DNA from: Candidatus Sumerlaeota bacterium
GTDB lineage: Bacteria; Sumerlaeota; Sumerlaeia; SLMS01; JAHLLQ01
Direction: 5' to 3'
DNA length: 64,000 nucleotides
NCBI GenBank assembly: GCA_030156535.1
Contig: JASGMJ010000005.1
Coordinates: 104,930 to 168,929, forward strand
Shown: positions 50,203 to 63,547 of the stretch, piece after piece
Position numbering within the stretch: the first letter of the stretch is position 1
Layout of the letters: each line of letters opens with the position of its first letter
Program-made: the position numbers and the translations under genes
Notes under the pieces: model-generated
Databases searched by the model: none
Told to the model about the DNA's origin: nothing
What the model saw: only the letters and a program-made list of their open reading frames with translations

Positions 50203-51195
50203 CTACAGTCCCGGCACGGGCGGACGCGTGCGTGGATTCTCGTCGTCGCGCTCGGGCGGTGGTGGCGCCGTGCGCTGGCGGGGAGCCGACGCGGGCATCG
50301 CCGGTCCCGCACTACCAGCTTCCTCGCCGCCGCGTGCCACATAGTCGGACGCAATGTTGCCCAGCATGATGCTCGACCGAATCTGCTCGGAGAAGTCCCC
50401 GATGCTCCCGGGTGTGTGCGGAATCATCAGCGTGTTCGTCTTCGACTGACCGCCAATTTCCTTCAGCGTGTCGAAATACTGCGTCATGATGACGATCTGC
50501 ATGACCTCTGCGGCGGACGTGCCGGGAACGGACTTCTGGAATTCCTCGACGCTCTGGCGCAGGCCATCGACGATCGCCTTGCGCTGGCCGGCGATCCCCT
50601 GGCCGCGCAGAATCGACGCCTGTGCCTCGGCCTCGGCCTGCTTGACGCGCAGAATCTTCTCGGCCTCGCCGCGCTCCTCCGACGCACGCCGGATGCGTTG
50701 CGCCGCGTTGATTTCGTTCATGGCCTGTTTGACCTTCGGGTCGGGGTCGATGTCGGTCACGAGCGACTTCACGATCTCGTAGCCGTACTGATTCATCGTC
50801 TCCGTCAACCCCTTGCGCACCGCGTCGGCGATGTCGTCCTTGTTGCGGAACACATCGTCGAGCTTCATCTTGGGCACCTGCGCGCGTACTTCGTCGTACA
50901 CGAAGGAGGTGATCTGGCGCTCGGGATAGGAAAGCTCGTAGAAGGCCTCGCGGATGCGCGAGACCATCACGGCGTACTGAACGGCCACGGTGACGTGGAC
51001 GAAAACGTCGTCGAGTGTCTTTGTCTCGATCTTGACGGGGATCTCCTGGATTTTCAGATCGATCCTGCCCGCGATTTTCTCAAACGGCATGATGATGTGA
51101 AAGCCCGGCGGGCAAATTCGGTTGAACCGCCCCAACCGCTCGACAACCGCAGCGGATTTTTCCTGGACGACGAGGGGAAAAGGCAGGGGAACCAT
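50203..51195 (-). CDS. SPFH/Band 7 (stomatin/prohibitin-like) domain protein
   Basis: SPFH core (VVQEKSAAVVERLGRFNRI...), a coiled-coil EAEKILRVKQAEAEAQASILRGQG, and a Pro/Arg-rich C-terminus. GGAG sits before the ATG. Confidence 0.85.
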   Translation of the reverse strand: MVPLPFPLVVQEKSAAVVERLGRFNRICPPGFHIIMPFEKIAGRIDLKIQEIPVKIETKTLDDVFVHVTVAVQYAVMVSRIREAFYELSYPERQITSFVYDEVRAQVPKMKLDDVFRNKDDIADAVRKGLTETMNQYGYEIVKSLVTDIDPDPKVKQAMNEINAAQRIRRASEERGEAEKILRVKQAEAEAQASILRGQGIAGQRKAIVDGLRQSVEEFQKSVPGTSAAEVMQIVIMTQYFDTLKEIGGQSKTNTLMIPHTPGSIGDFSEQIRSSIMLGNIASDYVARGGEEAGSAGPAMPASAPRQRTAPPPPERDDENPRTRPPVPGL

Positions 51196-51332
51196 GGGAA
51201 ACTCCTTGAATCGTGATGGCTGCAGGCTGGCACGTAAAAATGCAACGCGTCAATCAGACGCTCCTCCCTTGAGTACGCACCCCGCCCGCCGGTATTCATT
51301 CGCCCATCAGTTCCCGGCGGGAAGGAAAATCG

Positions 51333-52253
51333 ATGCCCGGATTCTTTAATGCACATTGCCATCTTGAGCTGGGCTTCCTGCGCGGAGCCATCCCGCCCTC
51401 CACGCCTTTCGTGGAATGGCTGGGCCAGATCGCCCGGCGCAAGCGCGCAGCACGCCCGGAAGACGCCCAGTCCGCCATCGCGGCCGGGCTGTTTGAGTTG
51501 CGCGAATCGGGGACGCAGGCGCTGCTCGACATCGACAGCATGCGGATCGCCCCCGACCTGATCCGGGCCGTGGAGATGCCCTGCCTTTCGTTCACCGAGA
51601 TCATTGCCTTCGACCCGGCCGAGGCCGTTGCCCGCCTGAACGAAACCGTTGCGTGGCAGAACGCGCAGCCCGCCCTCGCCGCCGGACAGGGCTTCGGACT
51701 CTCGCCCCACGCGCCATACACGACAACGCCCGAACTGCTCGCCACCGCCGCCCAAGCAGCCCGTGAAGCGGGGCAATGGCTGTGCATCCACGCGGCCGAA
51801 ACGCCGGAAGAGACGGAAATGCTGCTGCACGGGCGCGGTGCGCTGCACGATTTTCTGAACGACTTTGGCTCCTTGCCGCAGGGGTGGAAGCACCCGGGCA
51901 TGAGGCCCGTCGAGTACCTCGCCGCGTCTGGCGTTCTCGGGCCCCACACACTGCTCGCCCATTTGAACGAGGTGACGGACGAGGAGATCGCGTTGCTGGC
52001 GAAAACGCAAACGCGCGCGGTCGTCTGTCCCGGCACGCACGTGTATTTCGGACGCGGGGCCTTTCCATTGAAGCGCCTGCTCGACGCGGGCGTCGCGACA
52101 TATTTGGGGACGGACTCGCTCGCGAGCAACGAGTCGCTGAGCATGATGCGCGAAATCGATCTGGCCTGCGAACTCGAACCCGCATTGGAGCCGCGCCGCG
52201 TCGCCGCGCTCGCCGATGCCCAACGCGCGCGCGACTTCGGACTGACGCCCTAG
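51333..52253 (+). CDS. Amidohydrolase-family metal-dependent hydrolase (chlorohydrolase/deaminase-like), minimal form
   Basis: HxH at residues 9-11 (FFNAHCHLE), HAAET, and the C-terminal GTDS Asp ligand. The protein begins only a few residues before HxH, and no in-frame upstream start is possible. Confidence 0.65.
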   Translation: MPGFFNAHCHLELGFLRGAIPPSTPFVEWLGQIARRKRAARPEDAQSAIAAGLFELRESGTQALLDIDSMRIAPDLIRAVEMPCLSFTEIIAFDPAEAVARLNETVAWQNAQPALAAGQGFGLSPHAPYTTTPELLATAAQAAREAGQWLCIHAAETPEETEMLLHGRGALHDFLNDFGSLPQGWKHPGMRPVEYLAASGVLGPHTLLAHLNEVTDEEIALLAKTQTRAVVCPGTHVYFGRGAFPLKRLLDAGVATYLGTDSLASNESLSMMREIDLACELEPALEPRRVAALADAQRARDFGLTP

Positions 52254-53257
52254 TCCTCCGCCGACAGCCACGCATTCATCCGCCCCGTCACGGTGAGCCA
52301 ATGGCGGCGAATCAGCCACGTCTCGAAGGGGAGCACGAGCGCGAACCAGACCGCATTGCCCGCCAACAGGTCCAGCCCCGGCGAACGCATCAGCGCAAAG
52401 TTCCACTCCGTCGGAAGCACCAGCACCAGCAGCATGTACGCCCAACTGCACGCAACGATGCCCGTGCCAGCCAGGACCATCCAGCCGAGAGCGCGGAACG
52501 TGGCAACCAGCGGGTCGCGGCGGAAGAGATACTCGCGCAGCGCGATCAACACGATCAGCGCAGCGTACAGGAAGTCCTCGATTACGGCAAAAAAGATGAT
52601 GGGAAGGGCTCCATTGAAGGAAAAGGCGGAAGGTGTTTTGCTCCGTCCCTGATTTTCTCCGGCTGGCGGTGAGGCATCGCCGGAGCGAATGCTTTCGCGT
52701 GGCTGAAGATCGTAAACGAGGTTCCCGTCCTCGTCGTAAACGAGCGGAACATTGAAAGGGCTGTCCGGTTCGTCCGGAGCCGTCAGGCGCCCATCAGTGC
52801 GGATGGCGACCTGGAAGACCGGGTCCATGACCATGGGGCCGTAGATCACCCACAACGCAAACAGGTTGAGGAAGAAGAGCACGAGGAACGGCACGGCTGC
52901 CTTGCCGATGACGATCTGGCGCGGCGTCAGTGGTGTAACGGCGTGCTCGTCACGGGCACCGGGCTTCTGGAGCATCAGAGCCGCCCGGTACACCAGGAAG
53001 AACCCGACGATCAGGTCGGGACGGAAGACCATCCCGAGCATGTCGAAGACGATCGCCTGCGTCGTTGTCAGAAAAGTTGTGGGAGGCGTGAGGCCCATCG
53101 AGGCGAGAACCCCGGGCGACGAACGCAGAAGCAGCGTCAGCGGAACCCACGCGACGAGAACCAGCAGCACCCACGCCCACCAGCGGCGGCGGAAGCGGCG
53201 CGTCTCGCGCTGGAGCACGGGGTTCTCGCGAAACACCAGATTGCCGCTGGCCGCCAT
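52250..53257 (-). CDS. ABC-2-type permease-like membrane protein
   Basis: N-terminus NPVLQRETRRFRRRWWAW, characteristic of ABC-2 permeases; 6 TM helices with a large extracytoplasmic loop. Confidence 0.5.
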   Translation of the reverse strand: MAASGNLVFRENPVLQRETRRFRRRWWAWVLLVLVAWVPLTLLLRSSPGVLASMGLTPPTTFLTTTQAIVFDMLGMVFRPDLIVGFFLVYRAALMLQKPGARDEHAVTPLTPRQIVIGKAAVPFLVLFFLNLFALWVIYGPMVMDPVFQVAIRTDGRLTAPDEPDSPFNVPLVYDEDGNLVYDLQPRESIRSGDASPPAGENQGRSKTPSAFSFNGALPIIFFAVIEDFLYAALIVLIALREYLFRRDPLVATFRALGWMVLAGTGIVACSWAYMLLVLVLPTEWNFALMRSPGLDLLAGNAVWFALVLPFETWLIRRHWLTVTGRMNAWLSAED

Positions 53258-53264
53258 CAGGACC

Positions 53265-54164
53265 TCACTCTTCGCCGCCGCTCAGCAGGCGCGTGCATCG
53301 CCACCAGAGGAGCAGACTCAGGGCCAGTTTGGGCGCCCCGCTCACCACGTAGGTCCACAACGCGCGAATGTAGGGAATGGCGCCGCGCAGACTCCGGTCG
53401 AGTTCCTGCGCCCCCGCGTCGTCGTACCACACCAGCAGCTTGGCGAGCGCATCGGGAAACCGCTGGGCGAAGGCCGCCCAGCTCGTGGCAGGCCGCGCCA
53501 GCCATTCCTGCACGCTCCCCGCACCGAGAAACAGGACCGCGTGCCCGCTCTGGATCAGCAGGACGCCGACCAGCACGGGCACCAGCGCCACCAGCCGTGC
53601 CCTCCCCCGCAGTCCGAAGTACAGCGCGACAAAGCAGATCAGCACGCCATTGAGCGAACCCTCGAAGAGAATCGCCAGAATCTGCCAGTACGGATGAACC
53701 TGGCGCAGATCGGGGGTCAGTTGAAAGTGGTACTGGATCAGCCTCGGCGAGAGCACCAGACCCGTGTACCCGACGAGAATCAGCGCGCCCGCAAGAAAGG
53801 GCACGGCAATGATGCCCCAGAGGAACTCGCCCGGCGTCAGGAACGTCGTGCGGAACGGGCGGTAGAGCCCGCCGTCGCGGAAACTCACGAGCGCCCGCCA
53901 CACCATCATCAGGGGGAGCAGCGTGCTGGGGCGCACGACGAGCTGGATCATCAGCTCCAGGTACTGCAACCAGGCGTTCGCCGGGTTGATGCTGCCGGGC
54001 AGCAGGCCGATGCGAATCAGCCAGGGAACCGCGCCGCCCTTGTTGAAATGCAGGTAGCAGATTCCACCCAGAGCCACGGCCACCATGCCGAGATACAGCA
54101 CCGGCCGCGCCCGCCAGCGGCGAAATTCCGCCCAGACGATCGGGTTGAAAACGCGTCCGGCCAC
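53265..54164 (-). CDS. ABC-2-type permease-like membrane protein (paralog of the downstream gene)
   Basis: Inferred GTG start giving MAGRVFNPIVWAEFRRWRARPVLYLGMVAVALGG. The track ORF extends to 54341, but that would overlap the divergent HAD gene start at 54277. Confidence 0.45.
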   Translation of the reverse strand: MAGRVFNPIVWAEFRRWRARPVLYLGMVAVALGGICYLHFNKGGAVPWLIRIGLLPGSINPANAWLQYLELMIQLVVRPSTLLPLMMVWRALVSFRDGGLYRPFRTTFLTPGEFLWGIIAVPFLAGALILVGYTGLVLSPRLIQYHFQLTPDLRQVHPYWQILAILFEGSLNGVLICFVALYFGLRGRARLVALVPVLVGVLLIQSGHAVLFLGAGSVQEWLARPATSWAAFAQRFPDALAKLLVWYDDAGAQELDRSLRGAIPYIRALWTYVVSGAPKLALSLLLWWRCTRLLSGGEE

Positions 54165-54276
54165 ACCGGGCGAAAGAATCAGGCTTTCATCGATGAGAGG
54201 GGTGCCATAGAACTCGCTGCCATCGTCGGCTGCAGAGCGATTCCGCCCTGCCGAATCTTCTCCCCGAGGAACTCCT

Positions 54277-54930
54277 ATGGCATCGCGCGGCGTGGTCATC
54301 TTCGATCTGGACGGAACCCTGGTGGATGCGTTTGGCGACATCCGCGCGGCTCTGAATCATGCACTGGCAGAGCAGGGGTTGCCGCTTCACTCCATGCAAG
54401 CGGTGCGGGGCTTCGTTGGCAACGGGCTTTCCCAACTCGTGCGCCGCGCCGTCCCCCCCGCCCACGCGGCGCTCTGCCCCGCCGTGGAGGAAAGCCTGCG
54501 CGCTTACTACGCCGCCCATCCCGCCGACCATGCCAGCGTGTACGACGGAATGCGCGAGGCCGTCGTCACCCTGCGCGCCGAAGGCTTTTCGACCGCCATC
54601 CTGAGTAACAAGGCAGACGACCTCGTGCAGGCGATCACCAAGCGCCTGGAGCTGAATCCGCTCTTCGATGCGATTTGCGGCGAGCGCCCCGGCGTCCCCC
54701 TCAAGCCCGATCCCGAAGCCGTGCGCCCGCTCCTGCGCGCGTTCGACACCCAGCGCGGTGTTTTCGTGGGCGATGGCGTTCCCGATGGCGAAGTGGCGCG
54801 CAACGCGGGCCTGCCGTTCGTCGGAGTGACATGGGGGCTGGGGACGGAGGAGGAACTCGAACGCTTTGGCCGAATTGCCCTCACGGGCGGAGAGGTGGCC
54901 AAACTGGTGCTGGAATACATGGGGAAGTGA
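54277..54930 (+). CDS. HAD-superfamily hydrolase (phosphoglycolate phosphatase-like)
   Basis: Motif I DLDGTLVD, motif II ILSNK, and motifs III/IV K...GDGVPD. Confidence 0.85.
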   Translation: MASRGVVIFDLDGTLVDAFGDIRAALNHALAEQGLPLHSMQAVRGFVGNGLSQLVRRAVPPAHAALCPAVEESLRAYYAAHPADHASVYDGMREAVVTLRAEGFSTAILSNKADDLVQAITKRLELNPLFDAICGERPGVPLKPDPEAVRPLLRAFDTQRGVFVGDGVPDGEVARNAGLPFVGVTWGLGTEEELERFGRIALTGGEVAKLVLEYMGK

Positions 54931-55069
54931 GAGGGCCGTGGGACTCCAAACTTTTTATCCCTAATTGCGCATGGCTGAACATTTCCTTGTCGCCAAGCGC
55001 ACGAGAGGTTAGCCATTTGTCAAACAGCAGCAAAGGGCCAAGACGATCGCGCAGTGATGGGCGGAAGGC

Positions 55070-58891
<3,822 letters not shown>

Positions 58892-59246
58892 GAGCCGCGC
58901 ACCCGTAGCAGCCGGCCGCCCCGGCGAAGAAAAAGCATAGCGCAATAAAAAAGAAACGGGCACCGATCCTCCGCCGCTCGGGCCCATGGAGGACAGGTGC
59001 AGACGCACTGCGAAATCCAGTCATCCCCATCCTCCCCCATGCCCAACGCCTCAATTCGGACAAGACAACTCTTGACCCCGGATTAAGCCGAGGGCAGACA
59101 AAACGCCAATTGCGGAGCCCTAAGTCTGACTTATCCGTTTTCGGCATATTTAAGTATCGGTTTATTGCCATAATAGGCTGAAAAGCGGTGCCCAAAGAGT
59201 TTCACAAGGTTCCGCCAAACCAGCCCCTTCTGGAGGCCCCTCTCCC

Positions 59247-60356
59247 GTGTTTCCGGCTGTCGACCCCATTCCTCTCCCAGCGCCCGTCTGGCTGTTCAGA
59301 GTTCTCCACGTCACGACTTTGGCGCTCCACTTCCTCTCTCTGCATCTTCTGGTCGGCGGCCTGCTCATGGCGTCGATCTGGACGTTGATGGCGCGTGGCG
59401 GCCGTAACGCGCCGATGCGCGATGCTGCCGGCGCCGTGGCCAACCGCCTGCCGATCATCATGACGTTTGTCATCAATCTGGGCGTGCCGCCGCTGCTGTT
59501 TACGCAGGTGCTGTACGGCCGGGCCCTGTATACGAGCAGCGTGCTGATCGGCGCATGGTGGATCGCGGTGATCGGGCTGCTGATGGCGGCGTACACGCTG
59601 CTGTATGTGGCCAACGCGCGCTCCACCAGGGGGAAGGGCTGGGGCTGGATCGGGCTGGTGGCGCTCCTGCTGATTTTCAAGATCGCGTTCATCTATTCCT
59701 CGAACATGACGCTGATGCTGCGCCCCGAGGTCTGGCCCGCCATGTATCAGGACAATCCGTCGGGGGTGCAGTTCAACAGCGGCGATCCGACTGTGATGCC
59801 GCGCCTGATCTTCATGCTGGCGGGGTCGCTGGCAGTGGGTGGCGTGGGGATGATGTTTCTGGGGCTGAAGAAGTTTCTGGCGGCGGAGACGACGCTGTTT
59901 CTGCGGCGCTGGGGTGCCCGGTTGGCGGCCATCGGAATCGTGGCGCAGGCGGGTGCGGGTTTTTGGGTGATGAGCACCCAGCCCGAGGCCGTGCGCGAGG
60001 GCCTGGCGGCCAGCAGTGTGTACTCGGGGTGCCTGATCGCATGGGGCGCGACGGCGGTGCTGCTGCTGGGCGTGGGCGTGGTGGCCCAGTTGAAGGCGTC
60101 GGCGCCCGGCTGGCTGATGCCCTCGGTGGCGGGTCTTCTGGCGTTCGTAAACGTGGCCGCGATGACGCTCTTCCGCGATGGTATCCGCGAGGTAACTCTC
60201 GGGCTTCATGGCTTCGACGTGTGGGATCGCGCAGTCGCGACCAACTGGATCGTCGTGGGCGTGTTCCTTGTTTTGTTCGTGGCGGGGTTGGGAGTCATTT
60301 TCTGGCTGGGCAGCGTCGTGGCCCGGGCCAAGGGAGTTGAGGAAAGGTATGCCTGA
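59247..60356 (+). CDS. Polytopic membrane protein (about 10 TM) encoded immediately upstream of the Rieske/cytochrome b genes and overlapping them
   Basis: Hydrophobic throughout, with no recognisable motif. Its stop overlaps the Rieske start by 8 nt. Confidence 0.5.
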   Translation: MFPAVDPIPLPAPVWLFRVLHVTTLALHFLSLHLLVGGLLMASIWTLMARGGRNAPMRDAAGAVANRLPIIMTFVINLGVPPLLFTQVLYGRALYTSSVLIGAWWIAVIGLLMAAYTLLYVANARSTRGKGWGWIGLVALLLIFKIAFIYSSNMTLMLRPEVWPAMYQDNPSGVQFNSGDPTVMPRLIFMLAGSLAVGGVGMMFLGLKKFLAAETTLFLRRWGARLAAIGIVAQAGAGFWVMSTQPEAVREGLAASSVYSGCLIAWGATAVLLLGVGVVAQLKASAPGWLMPSVAGLLAFVNVAAMTLFRDGIREVTLGLHGFDVWDRAVATNWIVVGVFLVLFVAGLGVIFWLGSVVARAKGVEERYA

Positions 60357-60840
60357 CTCGGTGTTTGATGACGGTCTGACCCCCGCAGAGGAGAACGACG
60401 ACGGCCTCGTGTCGCGGCGCTCGTTCATCAAGGTGGTGGGCGGCTGCGTGGGAGCTGCTTATGCCGGAGCAATCGGGTACCCGGTGTATCGCTACCTGGC
60501 GACTCCGGTGACGCGGGCAGCGGCCGCCACTGCCGTCACGGAAGTCGAGCTCGACGCCACTGAACTCGAACCGGGCTCCGTGCTCATGTTCAGGTTCGGC
60601 ACGTCTCCCGGTATCCTGATCCACCACAAGGACGGCTCGTGGGTAGCGTTCAGCGCGGTGTGCACGCATCTGGGCTGCACGGTGCAGTACGAACTGGACA
60701 ACGATCGAATTTTCTGCGCTTGCCATGGCGGGGTCTACGATCCCCACACGGGCGATGCCGTTTCCGGTCCCCCGCCGAAGGGGCTTACTGTATTCCGAGT
60801 GGAGGTCGGCGATGCAAAAGTCATCGTGTCCCGTTCGTAA
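60349..60840 (+). CDS. Rieske [2Fe-2S] iron-sulfur subunit of a cytochrome bc-type complex
   Basis: Tat-like leader RRSFIKVVGG; Rieske boxes CTHLGC and CACHGG. Confidence 0.85.
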   Translation: MPDSVFDDGLTPAEENDDGLVSRRSFIKVVGGCVGAAYAGAIGYPVYRYLATPVTRAAAATAVTEVELDATELEPGSVLMFRFGTSPGILIHHKDGSWVAFSAVCTHLGCTVQYELDNDRIFCACHGGVYDPHTGDAVSGPPPKGLTVFRVEVGDAKVIVSRS

Positions 60841-61915
60841 CCGCTATGCCACTGCGGTGTGGAACTATGCGGACGAGCGCCTGGGCCTGTCGGAGCTTCT
60901 GGCCTTCGCGGGCAAGAAGCAGGTCCCCCAGCACAAGCACTCGTTCTGGTACTACTGGGGCGGCATTTCGCTGTTCTTCTTTCTGGTGCAGTGCCTGACG
61001 GGCGTGCTGCTGCTCGTGTACTATCGTCCGGGCGCCGAGGCCTATGAATCCGTCCGCCAGATCACCTACGACATCGAGTTCGGCTGGCTGGTGCGTTCGG
61101 CGCATTCGTGGTCGGCGAACCTGATGGTGTTCGCCGTCTTCGTCCACATGTTCTCGGTGTTCCTGATGAAGGCGTACCGCAAGCCACGCGAGTTCGGCTG
61201 GTGGTCGGGGCTGGGCCTGCTGGGGCTGGCGATGGTGTTCGGATTCAGCGGCTACCTGCTGCCCATGGATGAGTTGGCGTACTTTGCGACGAAGGTCGGG
61301 CTGGAGATTCCGATGTCCACCCCGGTGATCGGCCCGTTCCTCGGGGATCTGATTCGCGGGGGCCCGGAAGTGGGCGAGCACACAGTGCAGCGTTTCTTCG
61401 CGCTTCACGTCGTGATCCTGCCCGCGCTGTTCGTTCCGCTGCTGATGTTCCATCTGTGGCTGGTGCAGCGTCACGGCAACGCCATTCCCCCGGGTGAGGA
61501 AGCCGTCCCCGCCGCGGAACGCGAGTCGATTCCCTTCTTCCCGAACTTCATGATGAAGGATGTCGCGATGTGGCTGATCGCGTTGAACGTGCTGGCGCTG
61601 CTGGCCTCGGTGTATCCGTGGCAACTGGGCCCGCCCGCCAACCCGATTGCTCCGGCGCCGCTCGGCATTCACCCCGAGTGGTATTTCATGAGCCAGTTCC
61701 AGTTGCTCAAGGTGCTCGGCAACTGGTTCCCGGGCATCACGGGCGAGATCCTGGGCATCGGACTTTTCACCATTGGCGGTATCGTGTGGGCAGTGATTCC
61801 GCTCTACGACAACGACAGCCGCAACGGCCGGCGCGGCCGCATCGCCACCTATATCGGGTTCGGCGCGATTGCCGGACTCATTGCCCTGACTGCCTGGGGG
61901 TACTGGGTACTCTGA
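60812..61915 (+). CDS. Cytochrome b (fused b6/subunit IV-type) of a bc-type complex
   Basis: VWNYADERLGLSELLAFA...HSFWYYWGGISL, heme-ligand His pairs in helices B and D, and the PEWY motif (IHPEWYF). Confidence 0.9.
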   Translation: MQKSSCPVRNRYATAVWNYADERLGLSELLAFAGKKQVPQHKHSFWYYWGGISLFFFLVQCLTGVLLLVYYRPGAEAYESVRQITYDIEFGWLVRSAHSWSANLMVFAVFVHMFSVFLMKAYRKPREFGWWSGLGLLGLAMVFGFSGYLLPMDELAYFATKVGLEIPMSTPVIGPFLGDLIRGGPEVGEHTVQRFFALHVVILPALFVPLLMFHLWLVQRHGNAIPPGEEAVPAAERESIPFFPNFMMKDVAMWLIALNVLALLASVYPWQLGPPANPIAPAPLGIHPEWYFMSQFQLLKVLGNWFPGITGEILGIGLFTIGGIVWAVIPLYDNDSRNGRRGRIATYIGFGAIAGLIALTAWGYWVL

Positions 61916-61952
61916 CGCCCGGCGACCCTGACCTTCGAGGAGACGTTCTCGC

Positions 61953-63458
61953 ATGAACTACCCTGTCTGGGATGTCCCGATCATTGGAAGCGGATGGGTG
62001 ATCGGCATGATCGCCATCTTCCACGTCATGATCTCGCACTTCGCGATCGGCGGCGGAATCTATCTTCCGTTCGCCGAGGCCCGCGCCCTCAAGAGAGGGC
62101 GCAAGGACTGGCTGGAGTTCCTCCCGCGCCACTCCAAGTTCTTCCTGATCCTGACGGGTGTGTACGGCGCCGTTTCGGGCGTCGGCATCTGGTTTGCCAT
62201 CGGGTTGGCCGCGCCGGAAGCCACCAGCACGCTGATCCACAACTTTGTCTTTGGGTGGGCGATCGAGTGGGTGTTCTTCCTCATCGAGCTTTCCACTGCG
62301 GCGGTGTACTACTACACGTGGAACCGCATTCCGGACAAGTTGCACCTCAAAGTCGGCTGGCTGTACGCTGGCACGTCGATCATGACGCTGGTCATCATCA
62401 ACGGTATCCTGACGTTCATGCTCACGCCCGGCGAGTCCTGGCTCGCGGTTGCCGGAACGGGGAAGGAGTCAGCCCACTTCTTCCAGGCGTTCTTCAATCC
62501 GACCTATTGGCCGAGCCTGTTCCTGCGCACATTGGTCTGCCTGTCGCTCGCGGCCGTGTGGGCGCTCGTCACCGGCAGTCTGATCAATGGCCGCAAGCAG
62601 CCCGAGCTGAAGACCGAAGTCATTCGCTTCTCGACGAAGTGGCTGCTCCCTGCATTCTTCCTGATGCCGCCGTGCTTCGTGTGGTACCTGCTGATGGTGC
62701 CTGAATCGCAGCGGGCGCTGCTTGAACTCGGCATCTCGACGATCGGCGCCGGGACGTTCACGCAGGTCACGCGCATGGTGCTCGTCAGCATCATGACGTC
62801 GGCCACGATTCTTGGCGTTGTTTACTTCATTGCCTACCGCGACCCCAAGACGTTCCGCGTCGGCTATGCGTGCGCGGTGGTGTTCCTCGCGCTGGCGGCA
62901 ACGGGCTCGACCGAGCAGGCCCGCGAGATGCTCCGCAAGCCCTACGTCGTCGTCGATCACATGTACTCCAACGCCGTGCGCAAGACGCCGGTGAACGTGA
63001 ACGGCGAGGCGATCAAGGAAGTCGATCGCTTCAACCGCGACGGCTACCTGACGAACTCGATCTGGGCAACGGAGCAGGAAAAGGCAGCCTGGGCACAGTG
63101 GGACCGCCAGCGCGAAGCCGCGCAAGTCGTCAATGCCTCCACGGACGAGCAGCCCGCCGCCCCGAACGTCACGCCGGAGATTCTCCGCCGCGGCGAGCTC
63201 ATGTTCCGTGGCCAGTGCATGGCCTGCCACACCACCGACGGCTATCGCGCCATGCGCGGCTTCCTCAATGAACGCGACTTGCAGTCGATCAAGAACATCC
63301 TCGGGATGCTGCACGGCTACGAGGAAACGTCCCCTTACCGCACCTACATGCCACCGCTCGTCGGCACGGAGCAGGAGATTGAGGCACTCGCGATCTACCT
63401 CGACAACATGGTCAACGGCACGCAAGCACAGACCGAGAACGTCGCCAGCGCGCAATAG
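61953..63458 (+). CDS. Membrane-anchored mono-heme c-type cytochrome with a large (about 9 TM) N-terminal membrane domain
   Basis: CMACH heme-binding motif near residue 415; N-terminal 330 aa are polytopic. Confidence 0.7.
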   Translation: MNYPVWDVPIIGSGWVIGMIAIFHVMISHFAIGGGIYLPFAEARALKRGRKDWLEFLPRHSKFFLILTGVYGAVSGVGIWFAIGLAAPEATSTLIHNFVFGWAIEWVFFLIELSTAAVYYYTWNRIPDKLHLKVGWLYAGTSIMTLVIINGILTFMLTPGESWLAVAGTGKESAHFFQAFFNPTYWPSLFLRTLVCLSLAAVWALVTGSLINGRKQPELKTEVIRFSTKWLLPAFFLMPPCFVWYLLMVPESQRALLELGISTIGAGTFTQVTRMVLVSIMTSATILGVVYFIAYRDPKTFRVGYACAVVFLALAATGSTEQAREMLRKPYVVVDHMYSNAVRKTPVNVNGEAIKEVDRFNRDGYLTNSIWATEQEKAAWAQWDRQREAAQVVNASTDEQPAAPNVTPEILRRGELMFRGQCMACHTTDGYRAMRGFLNERDLQSIKNILGMLHGYEETSPYRTYMPPLVGTEQEIEALAIYLDNMVNGTQAQTENVASAQ

Positions 63459-63496
63459 TCTCCACTCAATCGAAGGTAAATTCATGAGCGCCGCGT

Positions 63497-63536
63497 TCAG
63501 AGAGAACGCGGCGCTTTGTTGTTCTGAAAAACAGAA
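63497..63536. terminator. Strong bidirectional intrinsic terminator
   Basis: Perfect 12-bp stem AGCGCCGCGTTC / GAACGCGGCGCT with loop AGAGA, followed by TTGTTGTTCTG. It lies between the cytochrome c stop (63458) and the DoxX stop (63548). Confidence 0.7.
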
Positions 63537-63547
63537 CCTACCGGCAA

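Noticed and set aside
53265-54341. Full-length 358-aa version of the ABC-2-like ORF
   Set aside because: Its first 59 codons would overlap the well-supported HAD hydrolase start (54277, DLDGTLVD motif at residues 9-16). The N-terminal extension is also low-complexity. I trimmed it to the GTG at 54164, which yields the canonical NPIVWAEFRR N-terminus.
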